From contig CAZLKC010000002.1 in the NCBI GenBank assembly GCA_964560025.1, positions 109,443 to 173,442 on the forward strand: a stretch of DNA of 64,000 nucleotides, written 5' to 3'. Positions 26,440 through 37,470 of the stretch are shown here, one piece after another. Under the pieces are notes generated by a model. The model made no database searches. It was given only the letters and a program-made list of their open reading frames with translations, and was not told the DNA's origin. The position numbers were made by a program, and so were the translations under genes. Position 1 is the stretch's first letter; every line of letters starts with the position of its first letter. This DNA comes from an uncultured Dehalococcoidia bacterium (GTDB taxonomy: Bacteria > Chloroflexota > Dehalococcoidia > Lucifugimonadales > Australimonadaceae).

Positions 26440-27678
26440 ATGGCCGTCTTCGAGAAGCGCGAGAACGCAGCGTCGGCATCGACCGACACAAGCGACACTC
26501 CCTACAACCGTGCGGTGCTGGGGTTCCGGAACTACTGGTACCCGGCTCTCCCGGAGCACGACATCGGCGGCCGCCCCAAGCGGATGATTCTGCTGGGCGA
26601 GCCTATCGCCTTCGTCCGGCGCGGCAAGAAGGTGTACGCCGTGCAGGACGAGTGCCCGCACCGCGGCGCACGGATGTCGTTGGGCAAGGACGAGTTCCCC
26701 GGCACGGACACGCTGGCGTGCCGCTTCCACGGGTGGACGTTCGACCTGCGCAACGGCGCGTGCGTGGCGGCGCTGACGGACGGCCCCGACTCGCCCATCG
26801 TCGGCAAGGTGCGCATCCGTGTGTTCCCGACGGAGCAGCGCAACGGGGTGGTGTTCGTGTGGATGGGGCGCGGAGCGCCCCCGCCGCTGGAGGAGGACAT
26901 CCCCGCGCTGCTGCTGCGCCCGGACGCGAGTCTGAAGGTGCGCTACCGCCAGGTGTACGGCAACTGGCGCCACCACGCAGAGGGGTCGGCGGGCGGCCAC
27001 TTCTTCATGCTGCACCGCGACGCCATCGCGCTCCAACTGCACAAGTTGGGGCAAGGCAACGCCACGCACAGCTCGGAGTTGCAGGAGCGCTGCCCCACCG
27101 ACAACCGAATGTACCTGTTGGAGACCTCCAAGGACTTTCACTGGGGGCGTGACTTCGGCAAGTTGGGCGCCTGGCCGCCGACGCGCCCGTGGCGGTTCAT
27201 CAAGCCGCCGAACCGCCGCGCCGCGCGTGGCACCTCGACGGAGGTGGAGGGCATCAAGTACATCGGCATCTCGCTGCCGGGCTACCTGCGCGTGCGCCAC
27301 TTCCCGAAGAACGGCGCGGTCTACTATGAGTGGTACATCGCCATCAACGAAGACCACTACCTGTACATGCAGATCAGCGCCCACTTTCCGCGCAACATCA
27401 TCCACCGCGCGTGGGTCACGCTCTGGTACAACCTGTGGGCGGGTCCGATGCGCAAGGGCCACTTCAACGACCAGGACAAGTCGATGGTGCGCGACAACAC
27501 CGACTTCGAGAAGCGCATGGGGCAGCACAAGCCCACGCCGCTCTACCAGCCCGACCTGTTCCCGCGCATGTGGATCGAGATGTGCAACCAGTACGCGCGC
27601 GGCGAGGGCTGGCTCGTAACCGGCAAGGAGGCGGCCGAGCGGGCCAAGACGGAGATTCCCGTCTACGCCGGGGGCTAG
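26440..27678 (+). CDS. Rieske [2Fe-2S] domain oxygenase (alpha-only type)
   Basis: CPHRG...CRFHGW Rieske motif, HFFMLH (H-x4-H) downstream. ATG 26440 preceded by GGAGGG. Confidence 0.8.
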   Translation: MAVFEKRENAASASTDTSDTPYNRAVLGFRNYWYPALPEHDIGGRPKRMILLGEPIAFVRRGKKVYAVQDECPHRGARMSLGKDEFPGTDTLACRFHGWTFDLRNGACVAALTDGPDSPIVGKVRIRVFPTEQRNGVVFVWMGRGAPPPLEEDIPALLLRPDASLKVRYRQVYGNWRHHAEGSAGGHFFMLHRDAIALQLHKLGQGNATHSSELQERCPTDNRMYLLETSKDFHWGRDFGKLGAWPPTRPWRFIKPPNRRAARGTSTEVEGIKYIGISLPGYLRVRHFPKNGAVYYEWYIAINEDHYLYMQISAHFPRNIIHRAWVTLWYNLWAGPMRKGHFNDQDKSMVRDNTDFEKRMGQHKPTPLYQPDLFPRMWIEMCNQYARGEGWLVTGKEAAERAKTEIPVYAGG

Positions 27679-27751
27679 GGAGGCCGCTCCCGTTTTCGGC
27701 GTAGCGCGTGAGGCGACGGGCGCTGAGGTCGAGGCGCGGCTGCGCGTTGCC

Positions 27752-28897
27752 GTGCGCGGGCGCATAACGTTCGCCGAGTTTATGGGCGTTGCGCTCTATT
27801 GGCCCGACGGTGGTTACTACGCCTCGGTGCGCAATCCCTTCGGCGAGCGCGGCGACTTCTACACCGCGCCCCACGTCCATCCCCTCTTCGGCGCGCTTGT
27901 CGGGCGGCAGGCGGAGCAGGCGCGCGCGCGGCTCGGTTCGCCCCCGGGCTTCGCTCTTGTCGAGGCAGGCGCGGGGGACGGACGCCTCGCGGCAGACGCG
28001 CTGGCAGCGTGGCTGTCGCTCCGCTGCCTGAGCGTAGACCTGCGTCCGCCTCCGGCGCGTCCGCGAGGGCTTGCATGGGCGCTGTCCGACGGATTGCCGG
28101 TGCGCGGGCTGAACGGCGTGGTGCTTGCCAACGAACTTCTCGACGCTATGCCCGTCCACCGCGTCACGATGCAGGACGGCGAGTTGCGCGAGGTCTACGT
28201 GGCCGCCGGAGGGGATGGCGCGCTCGCCCCTGAGCTCGGCGCGCCCTCCACGCCCGCGCTTGCCGCGCGCCTCGACGGCCTGGGCGTGCGACTCGGCGAG
28301 GGGCACGTCGGGGAGGTGAACCTTGCGCTCGGCAATTGGTTGCGTGGCCTGGCGGCTTCGCTCGAGCGCGGATGGGCGTTCCTGATCGACTATGGCCACG
28401 AGGCGCGCGACTACTACGCGCCGTGGCGGGCGCGGGGGACGCTGCGCTGCTACTACCAGCATACCGTGAGCGCCGACCCCTTCCGCCTCGTGGGGCGGCA
28501 AGACATCGGCGCGCACGTGGAATTGACCAGCCTCAAGCGCGAGGCGGCAGCGGCGGGATTCGCGCTTGCGGGCGATGTGCCGCAGGCGAAGTTCCTGCGC
28601 AACCTGGGCCTCAACGAGGCGCGGGCGCGTCTCCTCGCGCGCTCCGGCCTGCGCCCTGCCGAGCGCCGCGCCAACGCCGACGCTATCGACGCGCTCACCG
28701 ATCCGGACGGGCTTGGCGGCTTCCGCGTCGTCGGCTTGGCGAAGGGGGTGGGCGACGCGCCCCTGGCGGGATTCGCGGCGGACGCCGTCGATGGACTGCC
28801 GCCGCCGACGGAGCCGCCGACGCTGGACGCGGAGCATCTCCCGCGCCCCGGCGCTCCGCCGCCGCCCGCGCCGACGTGGGAGGAGCTGGCGCGATAG
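27752..28897 (+). CDS. MidA/NDUFAF7-family (DUF185) SAM-dependent methyltransferase
   Basis: ITFAEFMGVALYWPDGGYY, GDFYTAP, ANELLDAMPVH. Confidence 0.8.
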   Translation: MRGRITFAEFMGVALYWPDGGYYASVRNPFGERGDFYTAPHVHPLFGALVGRQAEQARARLGSPPGFALVEAGAGDGRLAADALAAWLSLRCLSVDLRPPPARPRGLAWALSDGLPVRGLNGVVLANELLDAMPVHRVTMQDGELREVYVAAGGDGALAPELGAPSTPALAARLDGLGVRLGEGHVGEVNLALGNWLRGLAASLERGWAFLIDYGHEARDYYAPWRARGTLRCYYQHTVSADPFRLVGRQDIGAHVELTSLKREAAAAGFALAGDVPQAKFLRNLGLNEARARLLARSGLRPAERRANADAIDALTDPDGLGGFRVVGLAKGVGDAPLAGFAADAVDGLPPPTEPPTLDAEHLPRPGAPPPPAPTWEELAR

Positions 28898-28906
28898 AGC
28901 GGGCGC

Positions 28907-29428
28907 TCAGTAGAGGTTGATGAGGCGGCTTTTGGTGAGGAGATAGACGGCGACGAGCATTGGCACGCCCAGCAGCACGAACAGAAGGAGGTCGAGGGTG
29001 ACTTGGGAGCCGGCGACGCCGAGCGCCGTGCCTGCGGCGGGGGGGTGTTCGGTGTTAGTGGCGGTCATCAGGAACATCGAGAGGCCGACGCTTCCGGCGG
29101 CGAACATCGCGAAGTAGGCTGCCGCGCTGCCGACCGTCTCGCGGCCCGTCGCAGTGTCGGCAAAGAGGGCGAAGAGCACGCCGACGCCAAGGGCGAGGGC
29201 GTGGCCGCCGAGGGTGTTGCGAGGACGGGAGGGGCGGCTGTGGGGCATGATGAAGAGCAGGAAGGCGGTGGACGCGATGGCCGCCACAATCACGGCTTGA
29301 GAGCCGAGCTGCCCGGTGATCATCGCCTTCACGAACACCACGGCGAACAGGGAGACGGTGGCCAGCGACACCTGCCCAAGGTAGCGCCACCCGTTCTCCT
29401 TGATTTTGGGATCGAACAGGAAGCGCAC
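28907..29428 (-). CDS. HPP family membrane protein
   Basis: Four TM helices and the HPPAAGTAL motif. Sits 10 nt downstream of the preceding gene. Confidence 0.8.
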   Translation of the reverse strand: MRFLFDPKIKENGWRYLGQVSLATVSLFAVVFVKAMITGQLGSQAVIVAAIASTAFLLFIMPHSRPSRPRNTLGGHALALGVGVLFALFADTATGRETVGSAAAYFAMFAAGSVGLSMFLMTATNTEHPPAAGTALGVAGSQVTLDLLLFVLLGVPMLVAVYLLTKSRLINLY

Positions 29429-29438
29429 GGCGCCGCTC

Positions 29439-30161
29439 CTAGCGCTTCTTGAAGATGGACAGGAAGCGGTCTTGGTACTGGTCGAAGAGGCCCCAGCGCT
29501 CTATCTCGCGGTGCGCATCGGAGGGGTCGACGTTGCCTTGCCCCGCCTCCGTCAGCAGATGCTCGATGCGCTCGCGCGCGTCGCGGGGAGCACCGTCCTC
29601 CATATCCAGCAAGCCGCGTGCGTTCATCTCCGCCACGTTGGAGCGCACCGACGCGGAGGTGAGGTCGAAGATGAACTTCATCAGGGAGACATCCCATAGC
29701 TCGTCGATGCCCTGGATGACCGCCTCCAAGCCGCGTCCTTCGCTGTTGAGCAGTTGCTTGAGGCGCTCGGTCACCTGGCGCATGCCGCCGGTGGCGATGT
29801 TGGTGCGCATATCCTCGTTCTTGTAGGCATAGAGCAGGCCGGGCGTGTCGGAACCGCGTTCGCCGGCAAGGCGTCGCAGGTATTCGCGGGCGTTGTCGCC
29901 GAATCCCTCGTGCTGCATCAGGTAGTCAGGCGTCACGACGCGGGGGCGCTCGGCCTTGACCACGCCTTCGCGGATGACCACGTCGTCCTGCGCCTGCGGT
30001 TCGATCTCGCGGTAGGCGGGTTCGGTTACGAGGTAGTACTTGACGGAGGTCGCGCCGAAGGTGGCGAGCATCTGGCGAGGTGGACGCACGACGACGGTGT
30101 TGCGAATAGCGTAGGCCATGCGCCGTTCTTCCTCGCGCGAGCGGTCGGGCAGTCCTTCCAT
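29439..30161 (-). CDS. Conserved-looking hypothetical protein (240 aa), function unknown
   Basis: Protein-like composition. TACAAT (complement of 30168-30173) lies exactly 6 nt upstream of ATG 30161, which suggests a leaderless start. The alternative start is ATG 30119. Confidence 0.6.
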   Translation of the reverse strand: MEGLPDRSREEERRMAYAIRNTVVVRPPRQMLATFGATSVKYYLVTEPAYREIEPQAQDDVVIREGVVKAERPRVVTPDYLMQHEGFGDNAREYLRRLAGERGSDTPGLLYAYKNEDMRTNIATGGMRQVTERLKQLLNSEGRGLEAVIQGIDELWDVSLMKFIFDLTSASVRSNVAEMNARGLLDMEDGAPRDARERIEHLLTEAGQGNVDPSDAHREIERWGLFDQYQDRFLSIFKKR

Positions 30162-30202
30162 GCGCTCATTGTAGCGCGTCCGGCGCGTGCTACAGTCCCT
30201 CT

Positions 30203-30592
30203 ATGGCGCACGCGGCTCCGTCCACCTTCCCGCAGCCCGAATTCTGGCGGGCATTCGCCGACGAACGCTTCGTGCTGCCGCGCTGCTCGGCTTGTGAGGC
30301 GTGGCAGTCCTACGGCGCGCGGGCGTGCGCCGCCTGCGGCTCCGACGGCCTCGAGTGGCGGGACGCGGGCGGCGGCGGGAGCGTCTACAGCCTAATGGAG
30401 CGCCATGCGCAAGCGGGGGCGGCGCGCGCCTTGTACGTCGTAGTGCTCCAATTGGACGAGGGGCCGCTTGTGATGGGCGCGGCCTACGCGCCGCGAGGGG
30501 CGCTGCGCCCCGGCGCCCGGGCGTCGGCGCTGGTGGGAGAGGCGGCGGTCGAGGGGCTGCCGTTGTTCGAGGTTTCGCCCGGCGCTGAGTGA
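30203..30592 (+). CDS. Zn-ribbon/OB-fold protein (DUF35 family)
   Basis: RCSACEAWQSYGARACAACGS rubredoxin-like ribbon followed by an OB-fold segment (GSVYSLME...VVVLQLDEGP). Confidence 0.75.
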   Translation: MAHAAPSTFPQPEFWRAFADERFVLPRCSACEAWQSYGARACAACGSDGLEWRDAGGGGSVYSLMERHAQAGAARALYVVVLQLDEGPLVMGAAYAPRGALRPGARASALVGEAAVEGLPLFEVSPGAE

Positions 30593-30597
30593 AAGGG

Positions 30598-30609
30598 GGT
30601 CTATAGACC
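30598..30609. promoter_or_regulatory. Perfect 12-bp palindrome GGTCTATAGACC (candidate GntR/HutC-type operator)
   Basis: Lies in an AT-richer patch upstream of lpd-pdhABC. A half-related GTCTATGAC occurs at 30626-30634. Confidence 0.35.
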
Positions 30610-30691
30610 ATCACATATAGGCCATGTCTATGACTCTGCAACCTGAATGGGCAACGAAGCGGTTGGTTCTTGGATTGGCGCGCCGGGCGCG

Positions 30692-30720
30692 TTTACGGCA
30701 AGCGAAAGGTAGGCTATACT
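30692..30720 (+). promoter_or_regulatory. Candidate promoter TTTACG-N17-TATACT for lpd-pdhABC
   Basis: Hexamers at 30692-30697 and 30715-30720, about 88 nt upstream of ATG 30809. Confidence 0.4.
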
Positions 30721-30808
30721 CCGATTTCGGCGGAGCACTCCGGCGCAACGCACGGAAGCGCCGCCGCAAATCCTGAGCCGCGAAGGCCGGAATCTTAAGT
30801 TTGCTTCT

Positions 30809-32185
<1,377 letters not shown>

Positions 32186-32236
32186 GCCCGCGCGGGCGCG
32201 CTCCGAAAGCCGCCCGTCGAAGCGAAAGGGCCGGAG

Positions 32237-33211
32237 ATGAAGGTAGCAAGAGCAGTCAGCAAGACCGAACTCCTCGACCTGTACCGGCACATGAAGCTGA
32301 TTCGCGTGTTCGAGGAGGCGTGCGCACAGCAGTACATGCGCGGCAAGATTCGCGGCTTCCTGCACCTGTACATCGGCGAGGAGGCCATCGCGGCGGGCGC
32401 CATCCCGCTCATGCAGCCGCAGGACTACGTGATCACCCACTACCGCGACCACGGCCACGCCCTCGCCCGCGGCATGCACCCCAACCCCGCCATGGCCGAG
32501 CTCTTCGGACGCGCGACTGGGTCGTCCAAGGGCAAGGGCGGCTCGATGCATCTGATGGACGGCTCCGTCAACATGATGGGCGGCTACGCCATCGTCGGGG
32601 GACAGATACCGCTGGGGGTGGGCCTCGCCATGGCTTGTGCGCACCGGGGCGACGAGTCGCTTGTGCTGTGCTTCATCGGCGACGGCGCGCTGAATGAGGG
32701 CGAGTTCCATGAGGGGATGAACCTAGCGGCCATCTGGAATCTGCCCATCGTCATCTTCTGCGAGAACAACCTGTACGGGATGGGCGCGCCCGTGTCGGAG
32801 GTGCTGGCGGCGAAGCACATCTACAAGATGGCCGAGCCTTACGGCATACCGTCGATCCAGGTCGACGGCATGGACGTGCTGGCGGTGCGCTCGGCGATGA
32901 CGGAGGTGTACGAGCACGTGCGCGCGGGCAAGGGGCCTTACTTCGTCGAGGCGCTCGCCTACCGCTTCCGCGGCCACTCTATGTCCGACCCGGCCGAGTA
33001 TCGCCACAAGGACGAGGAGGCGCTCTGGCGCCAACGCGACCCCGTCCCCAACTTCCACGCCTACCTGTTGAACGAGGAGGGTGTGCCGCAGGCGGAGTTG
33101 GACGCCGTAGACGCCGAGGTGGACGCGCAAGTGGAGGAGGCGGTGGAGTTCGCCAACGCCAGCCCCGAGCCGGACATCTCCGAACTCGCGTCGGACATTA
33201 CCGGGGGGTAG
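32237..33211 (+). CDS. pdhA: Pyruvate dehydrogenase E1 alpha subunit
   Basis: TPP-binding GDGALNEGEFHE...ENNLYGM, YRFRGHSMSDP. Confidence 0.9.
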   Translation: MKVARAVSKTELLDLYRHMKLIRVFEEACAQQYMRGKIRGFLHLYIGEEAIAAGAIPLMQPQDYVITHYRDHGHALARGMHPNPAMAELFGRATGSSKGKGGSMHLMDGSVNMMGGYAIVGGQIPLGVGLAMACAHRGDESLVLCFIGDGALNEGEFHEGMNLAAIWNLPIVIFCENNLYGMGAPVSEVLAAKHIYKMAEPYGIPSIQVDGMDVLAVRSAMTEVYEHVRAGKGPYFVEALAYRFRGHSMSDPAEYRHKDEEALWRQRDPVPNFHAYLLNEEGVPQAELDAVDAEVDAQVEEAVEFANASPEPDISELASDITGG

Positions 33212-33213
33212 CC

Positions 33214-34191
33214 ATGGCCGAAATCACCTACCGCGAGGCTGTCGCTCAGGCGTTGACCGAGGCGCTGGACGCCGACGACCGCGTCTTCATCATGGGCGAG
33301 GACGTGGGCGCCTACGGCGGAGCCTATGCCGTAACCAGAGGGATGTTGGACAAGTATGGGCCTATGCGCATCCGCGAGGCGCCCATCGCGGAGTCGGTGT
33401 TCGCGGGCGCGGGCGCGGGCGCGGCGATGGGCGGGATGCGCCCCGTCGTCGAATTTATGACCATCAACTTCAGCCTGCTGGCCATAGACCAGATCGTGAA
33501 CCACGCGACGAAGGTGCGCTATATGTCGGGCGGCCAGTTCAATGCGCCCGTCATCTACCGCGCTGTCACGGGCGGCGGCGCGGGCCTGGCGGCTACGCAC
33601 TCTCAGAGCCTCGAGCCGTGGTACGCCACGCTGCCCGGCATCCACGTCGTTCTCCCCTCCACGCCGTACGATGCTCTTGGCCTGCTCCGCGAAGCATTCA
33701 CCAAGGAAGACCCCGTGCTCTTCTCCGAGCACGCGCTGCTCTACCGCCTCAGAGGCGAGGTTCCCGACGAGCACTACACCATCCCCTTCGGCGCGGCGGA
33801 CGTGAAGCGGCGCGGGGCGGACGTTACGCTCGTCGCCTATTCGCGCATGGTGCACGTGGCGCTCGACGCCGCCCAACTGCTCGCGCAGCGCGGCGTGGAG
33901 GCGGAGGTGATCGACCTGCGCACGCTGCGCCCGCTGGACATGGAGACGGTCTACCAATCGGTGCGCAAGACGAACCGCGTGGCGGTGGTGGAGGAGGCAT
34001 GGCGCACGGGCGGGTTCGCCGCCGAGGTCTCCGCGCAGATTCAAGAGGCGTGCTTCGACGACCTGGACGGCCCGGTGGCGCGCGTCGCCGGCGAGGACGT
34101 GCCTCAGCCCTACGCGGCCAACCTGGAGCGCGCCTCTATACCCAGCGCGCAGAAAGTGGTGGATACTCTAGCCAAGGTCGTCGGCCTCTAA
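33214..34191 (+). CDS. pdhB: Pyruvate dehydrogenase E1 beta subunit
   Basis: Transketolase-like pyrimidine-binding and C-terminal domains (ITYREAV...MGEDVG, IDLRTLRPLD). Confidence 0.9.
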   Translation: MAEITYREAVAQALTEALDADDRVFIMGEDVGAYGGAYAVTRGMLDKYGPMRIREAPIAESVFAGAGAGAAMGGMRPVVEFMTINFSLLAIDQIVNHATKVRYMSGGQFNAPVIYRAVTGGGAGLAATHSQSLEPWYATLPGIHVVLPSTPYDALGLLREAFTKEDPVLFSEHALLYRLRGEVPDEHYTIPFGAADVKRRGADVTLVAYSRMVHVALDAAQLLAQRGVEAEVIDLRTLRPLDMETVYQSVRKTNRVAVVEEAWRTGGFAAEVSAQIQEACFDDLDGPVARVAGEDVPQPYAANLERASIPSAQKVVDTLAKVVGL

Positions 34192-34234
34192 CCCCGACCG
34201 CCAACCCCCGCTACACGCTACGACGGAGGAGCGC

Positions 34235-35533
34235 ATGGCCACCGAAGTCCTGATGCCCCAGATGGGATACGACATGACCGAGGGAACGGTCGTGAAGTGG
34301 CTCAAGCAGGAGGGCGACGCCGTCTCGAAGGGCGAGGTCATCGCCGAAATCGAGACGGACAAGGCGACGGTGGAGATGGAGGCGGAGGCGGGCGGCGTGC
34401 TGCGCCGCATCGCCGTCGGCGAGGGCGCGACCGTACCTGTCGGCCAGGTCATCGGCGTCATCGGCGGCGCCGACGAGGAGCTTCCCGAGGCGAACGCTCC
34501 TGCTGCCTCGGTGCCGCCGCAAGCGGAAGAGGCCGCTCCCGAGCCGGAGGCGGCGCCCGCCTCCGCGCAGGCTCCTTCGGATGCCGGCGCGTCCGGCGCG
34601 CTGCGCGCTTCTCCTGTCGCGCGCCGCCTCGCGGATGAGCGCGGCGTCGACCTCAAGTTGGTCGCCGGCACCGGGCCGGGCGGGCGCATCACCAAGGAGG
34701 ACGTGCTGAACTTCGCGCCTCCGTCCGAGGAGCCTGCCGGCGCGCCGGAGGCGGCGCCCGCACCCCAGGCCGCTCCCGCGGCGGAGGCCGCCGTCGGGCA
34801 GTCTATGCGCGTGGGGCCGCCGCCTCGCACGCCCGACGCGCAGGGCCGCATCCCCTTGTCGAAGATGGCGCTGGCCATCGCGCGGCGCACCGCCGCCACC
34901 AAGGGGCCGGTGCCTCACTACTATGTCAACGCCGCCGTGGATATGACGCGCGCGATGGAGTTCCGCCGCGAGGTCAACGAGTCGCTGAGCGACGCGCGGG
35001 TGAGCGTGAACGACCTGATTATCAAGGCGGCGGCGCTCGCGCTGGGCAAGTATCCCGTGTTCAACGCCACCTTCCAGGACGACCACCTCGAGGTCTCGCC
35101 CCACATCAATGTCGGCGTGGCCGTGGCACTGGACGAGGGTCTGGTCGTGCCGGCCATCCTCGAGTGCGACCGCAAGCCGCTGACGCAGATCGCCAAGGAG
35201 GCGAAGGACCTGGGCCGCCGCGCACGGGAGGGCAAGCTCCGCCAAGACGAATACACGGCGGGAACCTTCAGCATCAGCAACCTGGGGATGTTCGAGGTGG
35301 ACAGCTTCACCGCCATCATCGTGTCGCCGCAGGCGGCGGTGCTGGCCGTGGGCGCGGTGCAGCCGACGCCGGTCGTGCGCAACAACGAAGTGGTCGTTCG
35401 CCAGATGATGCAGGCGTCCCTCTCCGCCGACCACCGCATCAGCAACGGGGCGGACGCGGCGCAGTTCCTGGTGGAGATCAAGCGCCGCCTCGAAGCGCCG
35501 TTCAGCCTGATAGCGGACGACCTGCGCGGCTAG
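34235..35533 (+). CDS. pdhC: Dihydrolipoamide acetyltransferase (E2)
   Basis: Lipoyl domain (EIETDKATVEMEA), Ala/Pro linker, E3-binding domain (SPVARRLA), catalytic DHRISNGA. Confidence 0.92.
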   Translation: MATEVLMPQMGYDMTEGTVVKWLKQEGDAVSKGEVIAEIETDKATVEMEAEAGGVLRRIAVGEGATVPVGQVIGVIGGADEELPEANAPAASVPPQAEEAAPEPEAAPASAQAPSDAGASGALRASPVARRLADERGVDLKLVAGTGPGGRITKEDVLNFAPPSEEPAGAPEAAPAPQAAPAAEAAVGQSMRVGPPPRTPDAQGRIPLSKMALAIARRTAATKGPVPHYYVNAAVDMTRAMEFRREVNESLSDARVSVNDLIIKAAALALGKYPVFNATFQDDHLEVSPHINVGVAVALDEGLVVPAILECDRKPLTQIAKEAKDLGRRAREGKLRQDEYTAGTFSISNLGMFEVDSFTAIIVSPQAAVLAVGAVQPTPVVRNNEVVVRQMMQASLSADHRISNGADAAQFLVEIKRRLEAPFSLIADDLRG

Positions 35534-35549
35534 CGGCGGCGCGCCCGCC

Positions 35550-36575
35550 CTACTTCACGCGGACGAAGCGTTGTAGGCGCTTGCCGGTGTTGACCTCGCC
35601 GGTGAAGAGGTTGCCGTTGGCGTCGCCTGCGAGGCTGTGCACCCACTCGAAGTAACCGGCGAGGCGGCCGGGATGGCCGAACGCGCCGATGACCTGGAGG
35701 TCGCGGCGCGTCAGGATCCACACCTTCATATTCGTGCCGTCGGGGACGTAGAGGTAGGTTTGCTCGGGGTCGGGGGAGAACTCCAAATCCCACACGGCGC
35801 CCATCGCCAGCGTGCGCGTGGCGAAGAAGGACTCGGCGACGAATGTCCCGTCTTTGTGGAACACCTGGACGCGGTTATTGGTGCGGTCGGCTGTGTAGAC
35901 GAGGCCGTCGTTGGAGATGCGGACGGCGTGGACGGGCGAGCGGAAGGAGCGCAACACCTCGCCGTCAGGGTCGTAGGGCGGCAACTCCTCGTCGTGGGGC
36001 GCCTCGCCGTAGGCGCCCCAATGACGCTTGTACGCGCCGGTCTGCGCGTCGAACACGACGACGCGGCGGTTGGCGTAGCCGTCGGCGATGTACGCCTCGT
36101 TCGCCTCGTGATCGACCGCGATGTCCGCCGCGCGCCCGAGCAGGCGCGTGTCGTTGCTGCCGCCTGTCTCGCCCCATTGGCCGATAGTGAGGAGGCGCTC
36201 GCCGTCGGCAGTGGACTTGAAGATAACGTGGTCTTGGTCGTTGATGCCGCCCGTCCAGACGTTGTCGTCGTCGTCCACGAACAGGCCGTGTTCGGTTACG
36301 GGCCAGCGCTCGCCCTCGCGCTCGCCCCACGCGCGGACGACGTGTCCCTGGGGGTCGAACTGGAGGACGGAGGGCGCGGGGAAGCAGCACTCGGCGATGG
36401 GCGGGTCTTGAGCCGCGCCCGTCTCGCGCTCCGTCAGGCTGCGCGGCCGATGGACGATCCAGACGTGGTTGCGCCGATCGACGGCGACGCCCGCCACCTG
36501 GCCGATGATCCAGTTCTCCGGCAACGGCTTGGGCCAGTAGGGGTCGACCTCGTAGTGGGGGACGGCCTCGGCCAC
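35550..36575 (-). CDS. Cytoplasmic six-bladed NHL-repeat propeller resembling peptidyl-alpha-hydroxyglycine alpha-amidating lyase (PAL)
   Basis: DPYWP..GQVAGVAVD..NHVWIVHR, IADGYANRRVVVFD, TADRTNNRVQVFH. No signal peptide. GTG 36575 is 2 nt after the stop of the upstream gene. Confidence 0.7.
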   Translation of the reverse strand: MAEAVPHYEVDPYWPKPLPENWIIGQVAGVAVDRRNHVWIVHRPRSLTERETGAAQDPPIAECCFPAPSVLQFDPQGHVVRAWGEREGERWPVTEHGLFVDDDDNVWTGGINDQDHVIFKSTADGERLLTIGQWGETGGSNDTRLLGRAADIAVDHEANEAYIADGYANRRVVVFDAQTGAYKRHWGAYGEAPHDEELPPYDPDGEVLRSFRSPVHAVRISNDGLVYTADRTNNRVQVFHKDGTFVAESFFATRTLAMGAVWDLEFSPDPEQTYLYVPDGTNMKVWILTRRDLQVIGAFGHPGRLAGYFEWVHSLAGDANGNLFTGEVNTGKRLQRFVRVK

Positions 36576-36577
36576 GC

Positions 36578-37435
36578 TCAGCTCCCGCGTCCGTACAGGT
36601 CGGGCCACGTCATCGGCCCGGCGTCCACGGCGACGATGCGGTTGCGCAGCAGACCCACCTGCTCGATCTCCACCTCCACCACGTCGCCGTCTTGCATTGC
36701 GCGGCGGGCGCCGGGCAGGCTCGGAGGGCGGACGGTGCCGGTGTAGATGACGTCGCCCTGCTGCAAGGTGGCGTAGCTGCTGAGGTAGCTGACGAGGCGG
36801 GCGACATTGTTGCGCATATTGCGCGTGCGTCCCTCCGCCACCACTTCGTCGTTCAACCGTATCTCCATCGCCAGGTCGCCGTAGTCGAGGCCGGTGACGA
36901 CGGCGGGGCCGAGGCACGCCCACGTGTCGAGGCCCTTGGCGGGAAGGCGCGCAGGCTCCTCGATGCCCTGGCGCTCGCCGTACCACGTGTTCTCGCTCCA
37001 GTCGTTGCCGACGGAGACGCCGAACACGTAGTCCGGCGCGTCCTCGACGGAGATATGCCTGCCCGGTTTGCCGATGATGACGACCAGTTCACCTTCGTAG
37101 TTCAGGTTGGCCGCCCCGGGAGGCAACTCCACGTCGCCCTCGTGGGGGTTGAGCGACGTGGCCAGTTTGGCGAACCAGCGCGGGTGAGGGATGGGCTGGC
37201 GCTCGCCGGGCGTGTCGTGGTTGGTGGTTACGCCGATGACTTTGGCGACGTGCTCCGGCGCCAGCGGGACGAGGAGTTCGACGCCGGCCAGGGCGTGGGA
37301 GCGCCCGGTCGGGCGCGGCGGGTCGTCGAAGAGCGAGCCTTCGAGCTCGTGCACGGTCTCGCCGTCGAGCACGCCGTAGGCGGCGGCGCCGTTGGCGCGG
37401 TAGCGGACGAAGCGCGTTATCCGGTTGTCGGTCAT
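36578..37435 (-). CDS. Fumarylacetoacetate hydrolase (FAH) family protein
   Basis: NYEGELVVIIGK, GVSVGNDWSE, GDVIYTGT. ATG 37435 (MTDNRITRF). Confidence 0.85.
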   Translation of the reverse strand: MTDNRITRFVRYRANGAAAYGVLDGETVHELEGSLFDDPPRPTGRSHALAGVELLVPLAPEHVAKVIGVTTNHDTPGERQPIPHPRWFAKLATSLNPHEGDVELPPGAANLNYEGELVVIIGKPGRHISVEDAPDYVFGVSVGNDWSENTWYGERQGIEEPARLPAKGLDTWACLGPAVVTGLDYGDLAMEIRLNDEVVAEGRTRNMRNNVARLVSYLSSYATLQQGDVIYTGTVRPPSLPGARRAMQDGDVVEVEIEQVGLLRNRIVAVDAGPMTWPDLYGRGS

Positions 37436-37470
37436 TGGGCGTTCTCCTTGACGAGGGGGCGTGGCGCGGG

